A stretch of DNA of 59,688 nucleotides, counting the filler, from Sphacelaria rigidula (Eukaryota): NCBI GenBank assembly GCA_964200075.2. It is 9 parts of 9 records of this genome, joined end to end, with 100 filler letters (N's around TTAATTAATTAA, not from the genome) between each part and the next. Parts side by side here need not be neighbours in the genome. Positions count along the whole stretch, not along the records: positions 19,932 to 26,474 come from CAXNAA020019446.1; positions 26,575 to 33,117 come from CAXNAA020019447.1; positions 33,218 to 39,760 come from CAXNAA020019448.1; 6 more parts are not named here. The stretch is one strand, 5' to 3'. Positions 25,002 to 38,024 of the stretch are shown here, in pieces. The notes below the pieces were generated by a model, which had not been told where the DNA came from, did no database searches, and worked only from the letters and a program-made list of their open reading frames with translations. Position 1 is the stretch's first letter. Every line of letters begins with the position of its first letter. The position numbers were made by a program, and so were the translations under genes.

Positions 25002-26282
25002 CCCGCCCAATTTCCACGCGATTTCAAACCGTAATTCAATCACAGCATGGAACTCTTGCTGAATTACCTCCTCTTCTGCAGTTCGATGCCGATCACTGCC
25101 CAATGCCAATCCTTCCACATCGTCGGAGTTTTTGGCGTCGCTGCCTTTCTCGGAGCAAAAATCAAACGTTTGCTCAAGTTGCCTCGGTCGCGCGGGCGCG
25201 GTCGCTGTCGTCCCAGCCCCCGCCTCCCGACACTCCACACCCTTTCCGACTATTCCGGCATGAAATCCTCCCGCCGAAGTCGCAACCACCGTTCCTGGCG
25301 CTGTGAATGTCACCACCTGCGGCGGCCCCGGCACGGTTTGTACCGGCAGGGTATGCTTCATCTCAGCAACACTCCCGTCCTCTGCCGCGGTTCTCCGGTT
25401 GTCGACCTCTTCGTCGAGAGACAGCGCAACACACTGGGGTGTGGCACCGGAAGTGGTGGGAAGTGGAGAGTTCACAATGGTGGTCTCGAACGCAGCAGCT
25501 GTGCCTTCGTGATCTTGGTCGGGGTTGGCCGTAGCGTTGACTATTGATGTGCTGTCGGTCGACTTTTGTAAAGACGTCGATCCCACAAGTTCCGTAAACT
25601 CGGTTGCTGTCTCCACCTGCGGCTCCTCCCTGTCTGTCGTCGGGTCTTGGATCGCCACCGACTCCACCTTTGATACGGTGTCGGCGCACACCGGACCACC
25701 AGGGCTGCCACCGATCTGTGGTGACAGTGACCCAGTCACCTCAACAGAATCGTTGGGGGTAACGTCCGATCGATTGTCTCGCGTATATCTCGGCGGCGGT
25801 GATGCCATGGTACCCCCTGCCGCCTCTCGAGTGTTGGACGCCGTCGTCGTCGCTGCTGCCACCACTGCTGCCGCCGCCGCTACTCCGCCTCGGCCGGGCG
25901 GCGCACAACTCGGCTCTGCCGCCTTTTTGTCTATTGGTGCTACTGGCGCTGCTGCTGCTGTGCCTCTTTTCGCCGACTCCTGCTTGTCATTTCGTTCTAT
26001 CGGTCCTGCTCGTCTTCGAGCTGCGCGACGAGCGCGGTCGTTAGTCGCGGAGGACGACCGCGGGCGTTGATGGGCGGGTGGCGACATCTGCGTTTCGGGA
26101 ATCGACGCCACCTCTGCAGCAGTCGTTGTCTTTCTTGTTGCTGCTGCTGTCGCCGTTGATTTTGTTGTCGAGAGCGCGCTCTTGTTCCCTTCTACCGCTA
26201 TCCTCGGAACTTGGGGCATCGAGAAGGGGTTCAGCGGCCGTACCTCCCAAGGAGAAGACAAGGGTGTGCCGATGGCGTAAAC
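25002..26282 (-). CDS. BRCA2: BRCA2-like gene, upstream low-complexity exon
   Basis: cccgttag acceptor, 427 open codons, GTAAG donor at 25001, phase 0; assigned by strand, phase and position. Confidence 0.65.
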
Positions 26283-26474
26283 CTAACGGGTACACCGATT
26301 CAAGGAGAAGCAAAGATTGTGGCAGCGATGCTTACTTTCTATGTTTGGAGACAGATAGAGATACAGTCACGGGCGAGCCGGAGGGGACAACGGGGGGGGG
26401 GGGGGGGGGGTGGTTGAAGTTTGGCAGCCCCAAAACGATGGCAGGCCGGCGGGCAGCCGCCAAGGCATTTTCCC

Positions 26475-26574
26475 NNNNNNNNNNNNNNNNNNNNNNNNNN
26501 NNNNNNNNNNNNNNNNNNTTAATTAATTAANNNNNNNNNNNNNNNNNNNNNNNNNNNNNNNNNNNNNNNNNNNN
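26475..26574. other. Artificial contig linker
   Basis: N44-TTAATTAATTAA-N44. Confidence 0.98.
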
Positions 26575-28687
26575 TCACGAATACTTTTCTTCACTTGAAA
26601 TTGATGCCGATTCAACAGAAGACTAACCTCGCGGTGTAAGGGTTAAGACAACGGCGGAAATGGAGCACCTCTGCCCGTGCGGACGTCCAATTTTAAGCGT
26701 CAACAACGCCGTATAGGCAAGAAAAAGTGATCGAAAATAGCCCCCAACCTTCCCATCCCCACCCCCGGAACCGGATGTTTTAATTAACATGATCTATGCA
26801 TAACGTGGAAAAAAATCAAGTTCGAGGTAAAACATTGTGGGCAGTTAGCCTGTGACCACATAAGGCGTCCTCATCAGATGCCCAGTACAGAGTACTGCGT
26901 GGATATCGGAAATGTTTTCAATGCGGAAACAACAACAACATAACACAATTGTAACAATATATATGTAACAATACATAGCTCAACGACAGTGTCACGAGTG
27001 TCGAGGGAATAGGAAGGAGATACATACCAGAGCTACAGCACCGCTTTAGTTCAGCGCGCGAAGCACCTGCTCTCAGTGTGCGGACAATTAGATCGGGGTC
27101 GGGTTAGGCGGCGCAATACAAATGCTGAACAGAAATTGGTGAGTGATGTCATGAAGCTCATTTTGGATACTACAGATTACAAGGAAAATATACGAGTGTA
27201 CAGATGGGGGGTGGGGTGTACCTGATCGACTAGATCCACCCTTCACCTGTTCGTGTCAGCGAAGGAACTGCCTTTGCATTGTTCTGTCTGTGCTGTGACT
27301 GTACTGCCTGCTGTATCGTGGGTGCATCACTGGGTTGATGGGATGTTGATAGTATAGTAAAACTTCGGGTGTGTGCACCACGGGTGAAATCGAATTATTT
27401 AGTAGCTCTGGAGTTAGTTCGTATTGCAGATGAAAGAGCGATGGCAGCTATTATTATTATATTATTATTATTTCCGCAAAAAGGCAGTAGCACGGCATTT
27501 CAGTACCGAGTGTTGCCTACCGCAGTAGCGCAACGGAACCAGGATAAACGGTCTGTCGGTTCGATGCTGCAAGGCATAGGGCAGTCCAGCAACAGCACAG
27601 TCAGTCTGCAGTCTTTAGTGCAATATACTGTTTCCCTCATGAAGGGTACGTACGTCATGTTCGAAGGACGGACATAAAAGGGCAGTAAGTACACTGCCGT
27701 CTGCACCATAATAATACTACGTACTGACTGTTGTTGTAGCTTAGAACCAAAGTGGCAGCTCATGGTGGGTTGCGGTGTAACCCAATAGAAGCGCGTACTT
27801 TACACACAAGGGATTGACAGACTTGCTGAGCAAGTCGAGCGCAGGAATTTCATCACCCACTCAGCGCTGGAGTACTGCAGATCACTTGGCGGAAAGGGGC
27901 ACTACGTCGTTTGGACTCCGCAGGGTCTGGTGAATCAATAGTTCAGCATCGAACGTGGAGGCAGTGGAGTACTAGTAGAGTCAGTGCAGTGAAGAGTAGA
28001 GTGCAGTCAGGACAACAGTACAATGGGAGAGGATGTAGTTCAAATAGAGCAAGTTGCAAGTTGGAAATGTCAGGTGTCAGCACGCAATTTTGCTACACTC
28101 ACATCCAGAGTGATATTGTTTGCCTTGAGCAATGCCCCAATGTCGATCGGCCGCTGGAAAATAGACGCCAGTGGCGAAGGAGAAGCAGACATGATGTATG
28201 GTCCAGTCAACACGCCCCGTACCACAAACAGTACACAATACAACAGCAGCGGTGGTATCTGATGGGTCAAAGTCAGACAGATTTCACGCCGGCGTGTCCT
28301 TCGAAAAACATAATATGAATATGCGCTGTTTGTCATACTGTACTCTTGTTTACCCGCCATTTTGCTCCGATTGTGTGACTTAAATCCATATAATATCTCT
28401 ATTTGACTGAGAGCAAAAAACGCAGAGTATCTCCAATGAGGACGGAACTAGCCATGAAGAAAAATCGAGATAATGAGCGTTACGTTTATCCCCATCCCTA
28501 TTTATACTTGATTCTGTTTCTCTGGTACGGCCGCGGGTCTGAATTCATTGAGTTGATGTGATCTGAAGCTGAAACCAGAAAAAGGTTGGTTCGGTTCACG
28601 TAACCTGATAGTCCGTTGGAGACGGGGGGCGCAAGCTACGCGGGCGTCTATCCCGTGATTGGCGGGCTTCACTAATCACCACCCTGC

Positions 28688-29239
28688 ATGAAGGGTCGGT
28701 TACTGTCCGAGAACCACTCACGTGGACGTGGAAATACAAGCAGCAGCAACATCGCTGATGCTTTTTCTGGGGCAAGCAGGAGGCATCCTTTGTTGAATGA
28801 GAAGTACACATCCCGAACTCGCGGACGCACTTCATCAACGCAACGGCCAGAGCCTCCCTCCCCTTCCCCCCCTCCACCGCGTCATTCGTTGCTCATGCAA
28901 CAGGAACCCAGTGAAAGCCATGGCGGACCTGTCCGCGCAATGGTGCTCCTGCGTCCCGTTTTTTCGTTTCTCGTAACCGCGGCGGTGTTGATTCCATTGC
29001 AGCTGTATGTTTTCCGAGAAGAGGGGTGCTTGGCAAAGAACCTGGAGTTCAGAGAGGAGAAGTTGTGGGCAACGCTGACACGCGGCTTGTGGATAGCCTG
29101 GTTAACTCATGCGGCCGGTGTTATGGACGAAACGCTTCGGGTATTTTTGGGCATACGGCTGACCATGGGCCTGGGCACGCCTGCCTCGGTGGGAAAGATT
29201 TATAGCAAGATGTCGCGGCGCGCGGAGGTGGTGGCAAAG
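28688..29239 (+). CDS. Probable first exon of an unknown membrane protein
   Basis: ATG, 184 open codons, hydrophobic segments (VFSFLVTAAVLIPLQLYVF; GLWIAWLTHAAGV), AAG|GTGCG donor. Confidence 0.55.
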
Positions 29240-29481
29240 GTGCGAAAGTGTGGCAGGACGAAGGGGTGGTTCGGATGAAATGCGAACATTACAACAGCCA
29301 AAATACTCCTTGTACCAGGTCGTTCCTTGTGCGGTAGATCTCCATGAAGGAAGAACTGCCGTTGGTTGATCTGTTTTTGAAGTCCGGTGCCTGGGATTGC
29401 CGACGGGGGCTGGATAATTTTTTCCCGACACACCGCAGACCGTTCCATCCTTTTTTTCCTCCCCGTGTGTTTTGTTTCTAG

Positions 29482-29862
29482 TGTACGCAAGGGGCTTCCT
29501 CGAAGTTGCGATTACCGTGGGAATACAAAGTTCCGTTTGTGAACGTGCTGTACTTGTTCGCCGACAAGTCAAGGGCGGGCGGAGGGAAGAACATTATCCG
29601 CTCCTCGTGCAACCCTGCCCGAGCGATCCGTGGAACGAGGTGGAACCCTAATTTTCGGAATTATTTTACACGCTGGTGATGTAGTGGGCCGTGGGTTGTT
29701 CCGCTCGTGAGGACTAGGATTGAACATGACACCCTCACTCCTCGTGGTGATTCGCGACTTTGTCGCGGGCGCCGGACTGTGTGCTTCAGTTATGCCGCCC
29801 TTTACCGCCCTCACTCCGGCTATGCTATATATGCATTGGCCCGCCCCTTCGTTTCGGCCAGA
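29482..29862 (+). pseudogene. Possible disrupted downstream exon(s) of the same membrane protein
   Basis: tttctag acceptor and GTGAG donor; hydrophobic coding-like text needs a frame change and reads through TGA 29708-10. Confidence 0.3.
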
Positions 29863-30200
29863 GTGAGATCCACCTTTCCCGAGGCAGCCACGTCGTTCAT
29901 GCTTTCCTTTCTTCCTACTGCTGCTATGGTGTACTGTTGTCTGTGATGCATCCTCTGCAGTGTGCTGTATATTCTTCGTGCACTCCGTGTTTGTCCGCTG
30001 CACTGTACTGTCTGTGCGGGTTGTCGGTACGTCTTCCAGCACCTATAATAGTCTTGAGGTCGATCACTTCAACGCCTTTTTTCCCACCCGCACACGTGCG
30101 TTCGGGGCCATTCGCTGACTAGCATGAAATGCCCCCAGTTTCATTACACACAACAATAATGTAGCACAGCACACGCGGTACAGTAGTATTGAGTATCGTA

Positions 30201-30404
30201 AGGGCAGGTCGAGTAGGGTATACAAACTCAATTGCGGTGTATTTTAAAGGTCGTTCTCAAAGAACACATATTGGAGTAGGGTGTTAGAGGTCGCTTTCCA
30301 GTTATTTTTTGGGTACGACTCCTAACACCCTACCCCAAATTGAGTACTCAAAGTACGACTTTCAAAATACCCCGCAATCGAGTATACTCTACTCGACCTG
30401 CCCT
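30201..30404. mobile_element. Palindromic MITE-like element
   Basis: agggcaggtcgagtag.gtatac...tagggtgttag mirrored by ctaacaccctac...gtatactctactcgacctgccct. Confidence 0.75.
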
Positions 30405-31183
30405 CGAAGTATGGTACACCCGAGCACAATTCGTCGAAGGTGGAATCACGTCGCGGTATATTACGGCCTACTGTACGTTGTACCATACCATAGTGTTTGA
30501 CTCTCAGTCAGCAACAAAGAAGGAAGCACCGCTGATGTTCTGATGTGATGAACACTTTACTGTCGTGCCGTGCGACCTAGCTGAACTGAACCGAACCGAC
30601 CTGGACTGTTCCGTGGTGTGCTTTTCCCTCCTGTCTTGATCGATCATCTGGTGTTGTACTGCTGCCTGTGCCGTTCGTTGTCTGTACCATCAATGGTCAA
30701 CATCCACAAAACAATGAGACCCGAATGTGTGTGAATGTGTGGTGTACAGAGAGCACAGGACAGAACTGTGGTGTATACACACTGAAGACAGCATTCCTTG
30801 ACTGCACTGTATCATGTCCAGGTGAAAACACGAACGATAAGGCTCGATAACCCATGCGTAGAAGGAGCTCTTGATAAGTAATGCCCGTCACCAACACCAC
30901 CCCGCCCAAGTTTAGCTGGTCCCATCCTCGCGCTTGTTCATTTTTTGTTATGCCCGTGTCTGTGTTTCTCCGCTCCAACCGTCAAAGCGCATGGCAGTCC
31001 CGATCCTACCGTTGGACTTTTTGAAGTGATTTTTTTTCTTTCTATTAGTTTCGGGACATATGATGCGACATTTTTTCGCCCCCGAAAAATATCGCCACAT
31101 CGTGTTCATGTTGCACTGAGACACAGTCCAGCCTACTTGTCTGATTTGCAAGGCTCAACAGTTGCGGGATCCGCCACTCAGGC

Positions 31184-31521
31184 CGCTTCTTGTGTTGCGA
31201 AAAAAATCTCTCCGGGAAATGCCCTCTTGAGCGATTCAGCGCCAGCTTTTGCCGGAATATGGACGTTGGTGGAGTGATTTGCTGTGCTTTCCAAAAGGAT
31301 TTTGCTGTACTTTACATATCTTTGTGCTCCCAGTTTCACTCCTAGCCAGATCGGCAAGTTTTCAAACAAGCCACATTTGTTTTCGATTCCCCCCGCCACC
31401 TCCCCAAATAGCTCCGTCTCGGAAGGGATTCGTGGTCAATTGTCAAACGACTAAGGCCCTGTCGTAGCATATTAGTTTTCGATCGATATTGTGCGGTGGA
31501 AAGCAAAAAATCCCGATCTTA

Positions 31522-31560
<39 letters not shown>

Positions 31561-31985
31561 TCCGCACATTAGTCCGATCTCGCGAACCCGTGGTCACAAT
31601 CTGATAGGTCATGATTTCAACCATCGTTGTTAATTTTGAAGATGGTTGAAATCATGACCTATCAGATCAGGATTTTTGTTTTCCACCGCACTTTTTCGGT
31701 CGAAAGCTCATGCTCTAAGATAGGCCCTTAAAGAAGCAACAAATGCGTACGCCTCCCAAATAAACACGTTACAAAGTTCAAACAAACACGGTACTTTTGA
31801 ACGTGTTTTGAGAAGTAATCCAGCCAAAAGTAGAAGCTGGACGCTACAATCCTCTTGGAAACTACTCGTGTAACAAATGTCTCCAAGGCGGCTCAGTCCG
31901 CCAAGTCAGGCGAAAATCGGCGCTGAATTACTCCAAAAGGCGTTTCTTTGTGATCTTTTTTGACGTAAATTTACCACAAGAAGCG
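31184..31985. mobile_element. Large diverged foldback with perfect 27-bp inner arms and a nested retroposon fragment
   Basis: 31599-31625 is the exact reverse complement of 31641-31667; outer arms align imperfectly; family E insert 31520-31598 flanked by ATCT. Confidence 0.7.
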
Positions 31986-32108
31986 ATCTCATCAGGCCAT
32001 GTATCATTTTTTTTCGACTCGAACGAGTTCGTGCGACGGAATTGATTTAGTTGGTTTTGCTGTGTTTAGGTCCGAGCGAATTCGCTCGCTTTGGATCGAG
32101 AAGGTTAA

Positions 32109-32740
32109 CCCTTCTTGGACTGAAGCTCAGTAACAAGGGGATGTTCACCATGTATTTGTGATACTAAACAAGTCTGGGAGCGACCTGCCCAATCACGGCG
32201 AGGCAAAATTAATCGATCACATCCGAACGACCACAGGATGGGGGCTGTCGCCGGAAGTACTGTCACTGCAAAGTTGGTGTACCCTGTCCCTGACTCACAT
32301 TAAAGCCTTCGAAGCAAAAGAACTCCCAAGTGGTCGGGGCTCGGATTCCCGATTTTCTCTATCATTTACTTGCATTTGATATAGGTCCGATCTCCCATCC
32401 CCCGATTTTTGGGGTCGCCATCCTATAGTAAAACCTAGTTGACAACACTAACACGTAGTGCTCGGGGGAAATTCGGGACTAAATGTACCTACCATACATA
32501 TGGTCATGTTCACAAGGCGACTGAATCTAGCAACGCTGTGGGACGAGAAACGGAGCTAGAGGCATGAGATCTACGTTTCCCTCTGTCGAAGTGGTACAAG
32601 CGGCGGTGAGGTCGTATGTAATCGACGGGAACGAACAAGCTGTGTACAGGCAGCTGATCTCCGTCGCCGAGAACTGCCCGTAACACGTGAGGGAGTATGC
32701 AGCGGCAACTGCTGCTGCATTCGAAGAGGCGTACTGTGAG
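32109..32740 (+). mobile_element. Non-autonomous element starting TTAA-CCCTT, same family as 7300-7961
   Basis: Long alignment to the reverse complement of 7300-7961; ends at a SINE A copy. Confidence 0.7.
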
Positions 32741-32746
32741 CCGGTC

Positions 32747-33095
32747 GCCCCGGTGGCTCAGTTGGTAACCTCGAAACCTTCTGATGGTTGGGTCGTTGGT
32801 TCAAATCTCGGAGCGATCTGGGATTTTTTGTTACACCATGCTCAACAGTGGAGAGTGACTATGTCGTGGGTACACAACATTCGACTTGACGGTCGACCAG
32901 GGAAAGGGCCTGCTGAACCCCTCTCGCGATAAAAAAAATAAGGCAAGCACCGCAGAAGGAAGATGGGGTACTAAAAACAAACAAGAAAAAAAGCCCCTGT
33001 GTTGACCTTCCTCCTGTGTGACCCCGGCTGGTGCGCCCACATATACCTAAAGGTGTAGCCCGGCGTCCAGAATAGATGGGACGACAACACACACA
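32747..33095 (+). mobile_element. SINE family A
   Basis: gccccggTGGCTCAGTTGG...GGTTCAAATCT head; ends ccagaatagatggg...acacacac. Confidence 0.85.
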
Positions 33096-33117
33096 ATGTA
33101 CTTTATCTGCGGCGCAA

Positions 33118-33217
33118 NNNNNNNNNNNNNNNNNNNNNNNNNNNNNNNNNNNNNNNNNNNNTTAATTAATTAANNNNNNNNNNNNNNNNNNNNNNNNNNN
33201 NNNNNNNNNNNNNNNNN
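33118..33217. other. Artificial contig linker
   Basis: N44-TTAATTAATTAA-N44. Confidence 0.98.
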
Positions 33218-33921
33218 CCTCGAAATAGTTTTAGGCAGGTCGGGAGTGATGAGGTCGTCCGTATGAAAGTCATTGGTCATGAGTTTAGGTCAGGGAAAGC
33301 ACGGCTTTTGAGTTGAACCTCATTTTCTTTCCAACACCATTTTCGAGAATCCAGTTATATGCCGCGAAACAAAAAACAGAGGGCATCTGTCTCACGAGCA
33401 GTACTACAGGTTCACTTTTTCCGAGGACGGGATCGTCATCATTCTATCGACCGTATGTTGCATTCACGTCTTGAATGATTTCAAAGGCGCGTCGGAAAGG
33501 GTATACCCGATATTTTGGTACCTTGAAAAGTCGCACATCACCTGCCTAAATCAGCCACAGTGACTGACTTGTATGGGCTTTAGACAGGGGAACAACGACA
33601 CTGGGCTGGCTGGTGCCGTGGGCATGGGTCGAATCTCCCGTTTTCATAGTACCACAGTATTGAGTATACCATACCCGACACGTCTTGGAATGATTTTGTA
33701 GCCCTTGCTGTCAGCACGTCGTGGTCGGGAGGGTTTCATATCAACAAATGATGTGATTCCACCTCTTGAAGTCGACATGGCGCAAGCAGTGGTATGCATA
33801 TATATATGCATATATTCATTCACGTTTCGGCCATGCTTGCTCTGTCTTGATTTGCCAGAAATGCTGCACATCATGTCCCTTGCGAGTACGTTCTACGGAG
33901 ACCAAGCAGCATGAGACGAGA

Positions 33922-34208
33922 CTGCATCTTCTGTGGGTGAGGTGGGCGTCCGAAAAAAAAAAACACGTCGTGAAAAAAATATATGAAATCAAAGCAGTCG
34001 AAATGTATTCGAAATACGGACAAAGCGATGTCGTCAACCCTTCAAATGCGGACCTCTCTTGACATTTCGCCTGCATCTTTTGTGGGTGACATGCGCAAGC
34101 AAAAAAACAAGAGTCGCGAAAAACTCAAATGAAATCACAGGAGTCGATATGTGTTCGAAATAGGGACAAAGCGACGGGTTCAACCTTCAAACGTGGATCT
34201 CTTGACAT
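33922..34208. repeat. Tandem duplication, ~149-bp period
   Basis: ctgcatctt.tgtgggtga at 33922 and 34071; ttcgaaata.ggacaaagcga twice. Confidence 0.75.
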
Positions 34209-34251
34209 ACCAAGGTCAAAATATCTTGAAACTACCCTCACGGGGGGGAAC

Positions 34252-34450
34252 GGGAGGGGAGGGGGGGTACTCATGATCTTGCACGCCATCGTCATGTGAC
34301 CATTGACCTCACATCCCTACAATGCCGGGACGGAGCACGCCGGGTTTTCGCTGGACCAGGCTCGCAATCAATCACCAAGCACGAAGCGCGGTGGTGTATT
34401 CGGCGAGTCGCATGAAGGGTGAGCTGCATCCTGCCAAGATTGTTCGGCCT
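34252..34450 (-). mobile_element. Repeat family D, truncated copy
   Basis: G-run + gtactcatgatcttgc...ggaccaggctcgcaatcaa. Confidence 0.8.
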
Positions 34451-34453
34451 GAG

Positions 34454-34990
34454 CTCCTGCACGGTATGATATGGTACAGTGCAGCACCATACCGCACTTG
34501 TATTGATTTGCATCACCGTCAAACTACAAACCGATTAAAACTATTCGACGCTTGGCCAGGGTCATACAATACCGTACAGCGCCATATACTCACTATAGTA
34601 CTGCACCGTTCTGTCCAATTTGTACAGTGCCGTACAGCATGCTGTACTGTTCTTTACTGTGCCGTACCGTACAGGTCTTGAATGCTTGCACGAGCGTGCG
34701 CGAGATCAGTTTAGCAACGTGTACCGTACCTGACGGGGTATAACACCCCCATATCGAAACGTGTGCATGCAGATTGTGGCGATACATCGCCAGCATCGTA
34801 CTGCGTAGCATGGCACAGCACGCTCCTGCACGGTTTGGTATGGTACAGCACCATACCGCACTTGTATTGATTTGAATCCCCGTAAAAAAACAAACCGATC
34901 GAAACTACTCGATGCTTGACCGGGGTCATACACTACCGGAAAGCACCATACAGGTACTACCCGCACCATTCCGTCCAATTCGTACATTAC
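34454..34990. repeat. Direct duplication, ~370-bp period
   Basis: ctcctgcacggt...cagcaccataccgcacttgtattgatttg at ~34454 and ~34824. Confidence 0.75.
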
Positions 34991-35499
34991 TTCACAGCAT
35001 GGAGAAGATGAGCACAGTACGTTAAAGTACCGTGCAGTACACATAACGTGCTGCGCGGCACGGCAACTCCGCCAATCAGTGGACTAACCAAACACAAATT
35101 GGCGGCGGGGATGAGATCAGCCGAGCGACGCGAATACCTCACGTGACCGAGTTCAACACGCCCAGTTCAAAACTTGACACGTTGGTAACGACTCGTAGCG
35201 CATACTGAACTGTACGGTGGGGAGCTGTATCGCAGGATCTTGTGCTTTATCCGTACCCTTCTCAATGTGCCCGCGGAGGAATCCTTGAATGTTTGTGTAA
35301 ATGCGTCCCTTCTTGACCCTTCCCGACAACCACGTGTGGAATCCTCAAGCCACAGGTGCATCTGTCAACACTACCGGCGTACTACCATTAGCACAAGAGA
35401 ATTTGTGTGAGAGACAGCGGCGCGAAGGCCTTCAAATAACGCGTTAGGAACGGATGGCGTCGACGTACATGACAGACAGATGACAGACAGATAGAAGCG

Positions 35500-38024
35500 G
35501 TTGCTCCAGCGCGTCGTGGCGCACGCGCGAAGCGAAGCTCCGCAAGAATTTCAGAAACCGCACCTTACAGGTCGCGCACAATCGACCTAGCCAAGCGGGT
35601 CAAGGAAGTCGATGCGCTCCTCGCCTAGCTTGGAACGGCAATGCTGGGCGACATCGTCGTGTTGTTCAACGAGGAGAGCGCAACACTCGACACGGGTTTT
35701 GCGCCTACAGGAGGACACACGGTTGGAGGTCCCGCATCCGGCGGCGGGGGTGCTGTGTCTGATGCGGAACCCCCGGTCACGCCGACAATGAACACGTAAC
35801 TAACTGATGCTCAGCGGGACAGGCTAGCCCGTCAGTCGACGGCAGTGACGAAAGTGCTGGAGATGCTACACGACCGTGATATGCTTCAGCTACTGCACTA
35901 CAAAGAGGCGCTAAGGGCGTGCGAGGCCGCCGACGAATCGCAGGTGCACAATACCGTCGGTTGGGCCGTTTTCAAAAGTATGGACGAAGCCTCCGCTGTC
36001 CGCCTCGACACCTCGCTCGTGCTAATCGCTGCACGCTCAGCGGAGCAAATGTGCTGCGGCACTACGGCCAGTACGATTTTTTCGTAGGTGCGCAAGTTTC
36101 GAACGCTCAATGGGTACTTCAAACCTGATGGGAGGGGGGGGGGGGGTTGTCCACACGGGAGTGGCGTCTTGCTAATAAGGATGTTCAGCACACAATCTTG
36201 GAGTTGCTCAAGGCTGAGAAGCGGTTATCGGCAAAGAAAACACAGATGTTGCTCAACACCTCTCTGGCTCATGATGGGTTTGTGAACCTAGAGAAATTCG
36301 GGCTGACCCTGCCCATCTTGTCGACCACCACTCATAAGAGGATGGTCAAGCTTGGCTGCAAGTTTGACCGCGCGCCACAGCCCTGCTACACCTACGGGCA
36401 CGAGAGGAGCGACGTTGTCAAGTACCGCGAGGGATACGTCAGGGCAAAGAGGAGACACGCTCTGCGTCAACCATGCTGGGCCCAGATGGCGTGGGACTCC
36501 CTGACACGTGACCAGCAAAAAGGCTCGGGAAAGTTGGAAGACGAGGACGAGGAGGCTCCCTCCGCCGAGGTGTACCGTTGCAAAGACGATAAGGGTGACC
36601 GGTGCGTGGAGATCCACGTAGACTTCTTGGGGGGCAATAACAACAAGCACGATGCCCTCTGAAGGGAACTAGGCGAGGAAGGCGGACACTACAGTGTTCG
36701 CTTCGACAACGCTGAAGAAGCTCCGTGCGAGTTTCACCACGAAACGGGGGTTCGCAAGTGCTCTCAGGACCTTCGTCACGCGGGCCAGGACGAGAGCTGC
36801 TACCGATGCTGCGCGCTTTCGTCTACGGAGTGGGTGGTCCGGGGGTGTTCGCGGTCTGCGGAAGAAGACATCCGGGCGGGGGGAGACGGTATCTGCGGTT
36901 CATGGCGAGGTCCTCGGGTTCGGCGCGGATTTGCCGGATGGAATACTCGCCAAGGTCAACGAGTTCCGGAAATGCGTTGGGCGCCCGAAACTGACCCCTT
37001 CGCCTCGATTGCGGTGCATGAAGTATGGCAAGAACAGGGAGGGGTATCGGGGATTCAAGAAGTTCGAGGAGCAAGTGGTGGATTACATGGATATCTTCGA
37101 GGTGACGTATCCCGAGAAGCAGCTCATGCTCGTGGTGGACCACTCGGCAGGACATGCCGAATACTGCGAGGACGGACGACATGCAGGACACATGAGCGTG
37201 AGATACGGGGGGATGCAGAAGCTTCTGAGGGACACACAGCTGACTGAAGGGTTCGTGGGATCGCAGGAAGCGAACATGCACCTCAACAACGGTAGATGAA
37301 GCACGCGGTTCGTCAAAGATTGTCACCGAGACAAGCGTGGACCTCGAGCTCGAAGTTGGCGACACACAGCGCATCACGTTCGCGAAACACGACCCTCCAC
37401 CGTTCCACGTCGTCAACAGTTCCACGGCGAACGGTGTCGTGGGTTCGGAGATGGTGGCTGGCGGCAGCTCCACGATGGGTTCGACGGCGGAGGGTGCCAT
37501 CACGAGGGTATCCGGAAAGAAGAAGAGGAAGGCAGACCTTTGTGCGCGAGGGATACATGGGGAAGGCGAAGGGGATGAAGCGGGTGCTGTGGGAGCATGG
37601 TCTATATGTGGATGGCATGTCGATCGAGCCAAAAACCGCGGAGTAGCGAAGGTTTGATGCTGTCCTCGCCAACTTACCTGACTTCGAGCACGAGCAGACG
37701 GCTCTACAGCGCACGGTGGAGAGTCGGGGCCACACCCTCCTTCTCTCGCCGAAATACCATCTGGAGGTTGCGGGGGTCAGTATCGAATACTCTCAGGGTA
37801 TATCCAAGTCCAAGTTCCGGCGAGAGATCAACGATGAGGTGTCGAAGAATCTTCACGCCAGCACGGTGAAGTCCATGTCCAGGCAAACCATCCTGACCGA
37901 AGGAACCTTGCGCCGCTTCGTGCGCCGCGCGCGAGACTACTGCCGGGCGTACATTGCGCCAGCCGTTAGCAAGGCGAACCGCAACATCCTGGACATGGAG
38001 CCATCTTGGATCGACAGGCATTAG
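35500..38024 (+). pseudogene. Decayed IS630/Tc1/mariner-related DDE transposase
   Basis: Motifs YGHERSDVVKYR, GQDESCY, YGKNREGY, LVVDHSAGH, KAKGMKRVLWEHGL, LPDF, RGHTLLLSPKYHLEVAGVSIEY (compare Tc1 'P..SPDLNPIE'); several stops and frameshifts; TIRs not found; start approximate. Confidence 0.75.

Noticed and set aside
20196..26070. Long plus-strand ORFs overlapping BRCA2
   Set aside because: Antisense shadows of GC-rich coding exons with no motifs of their own
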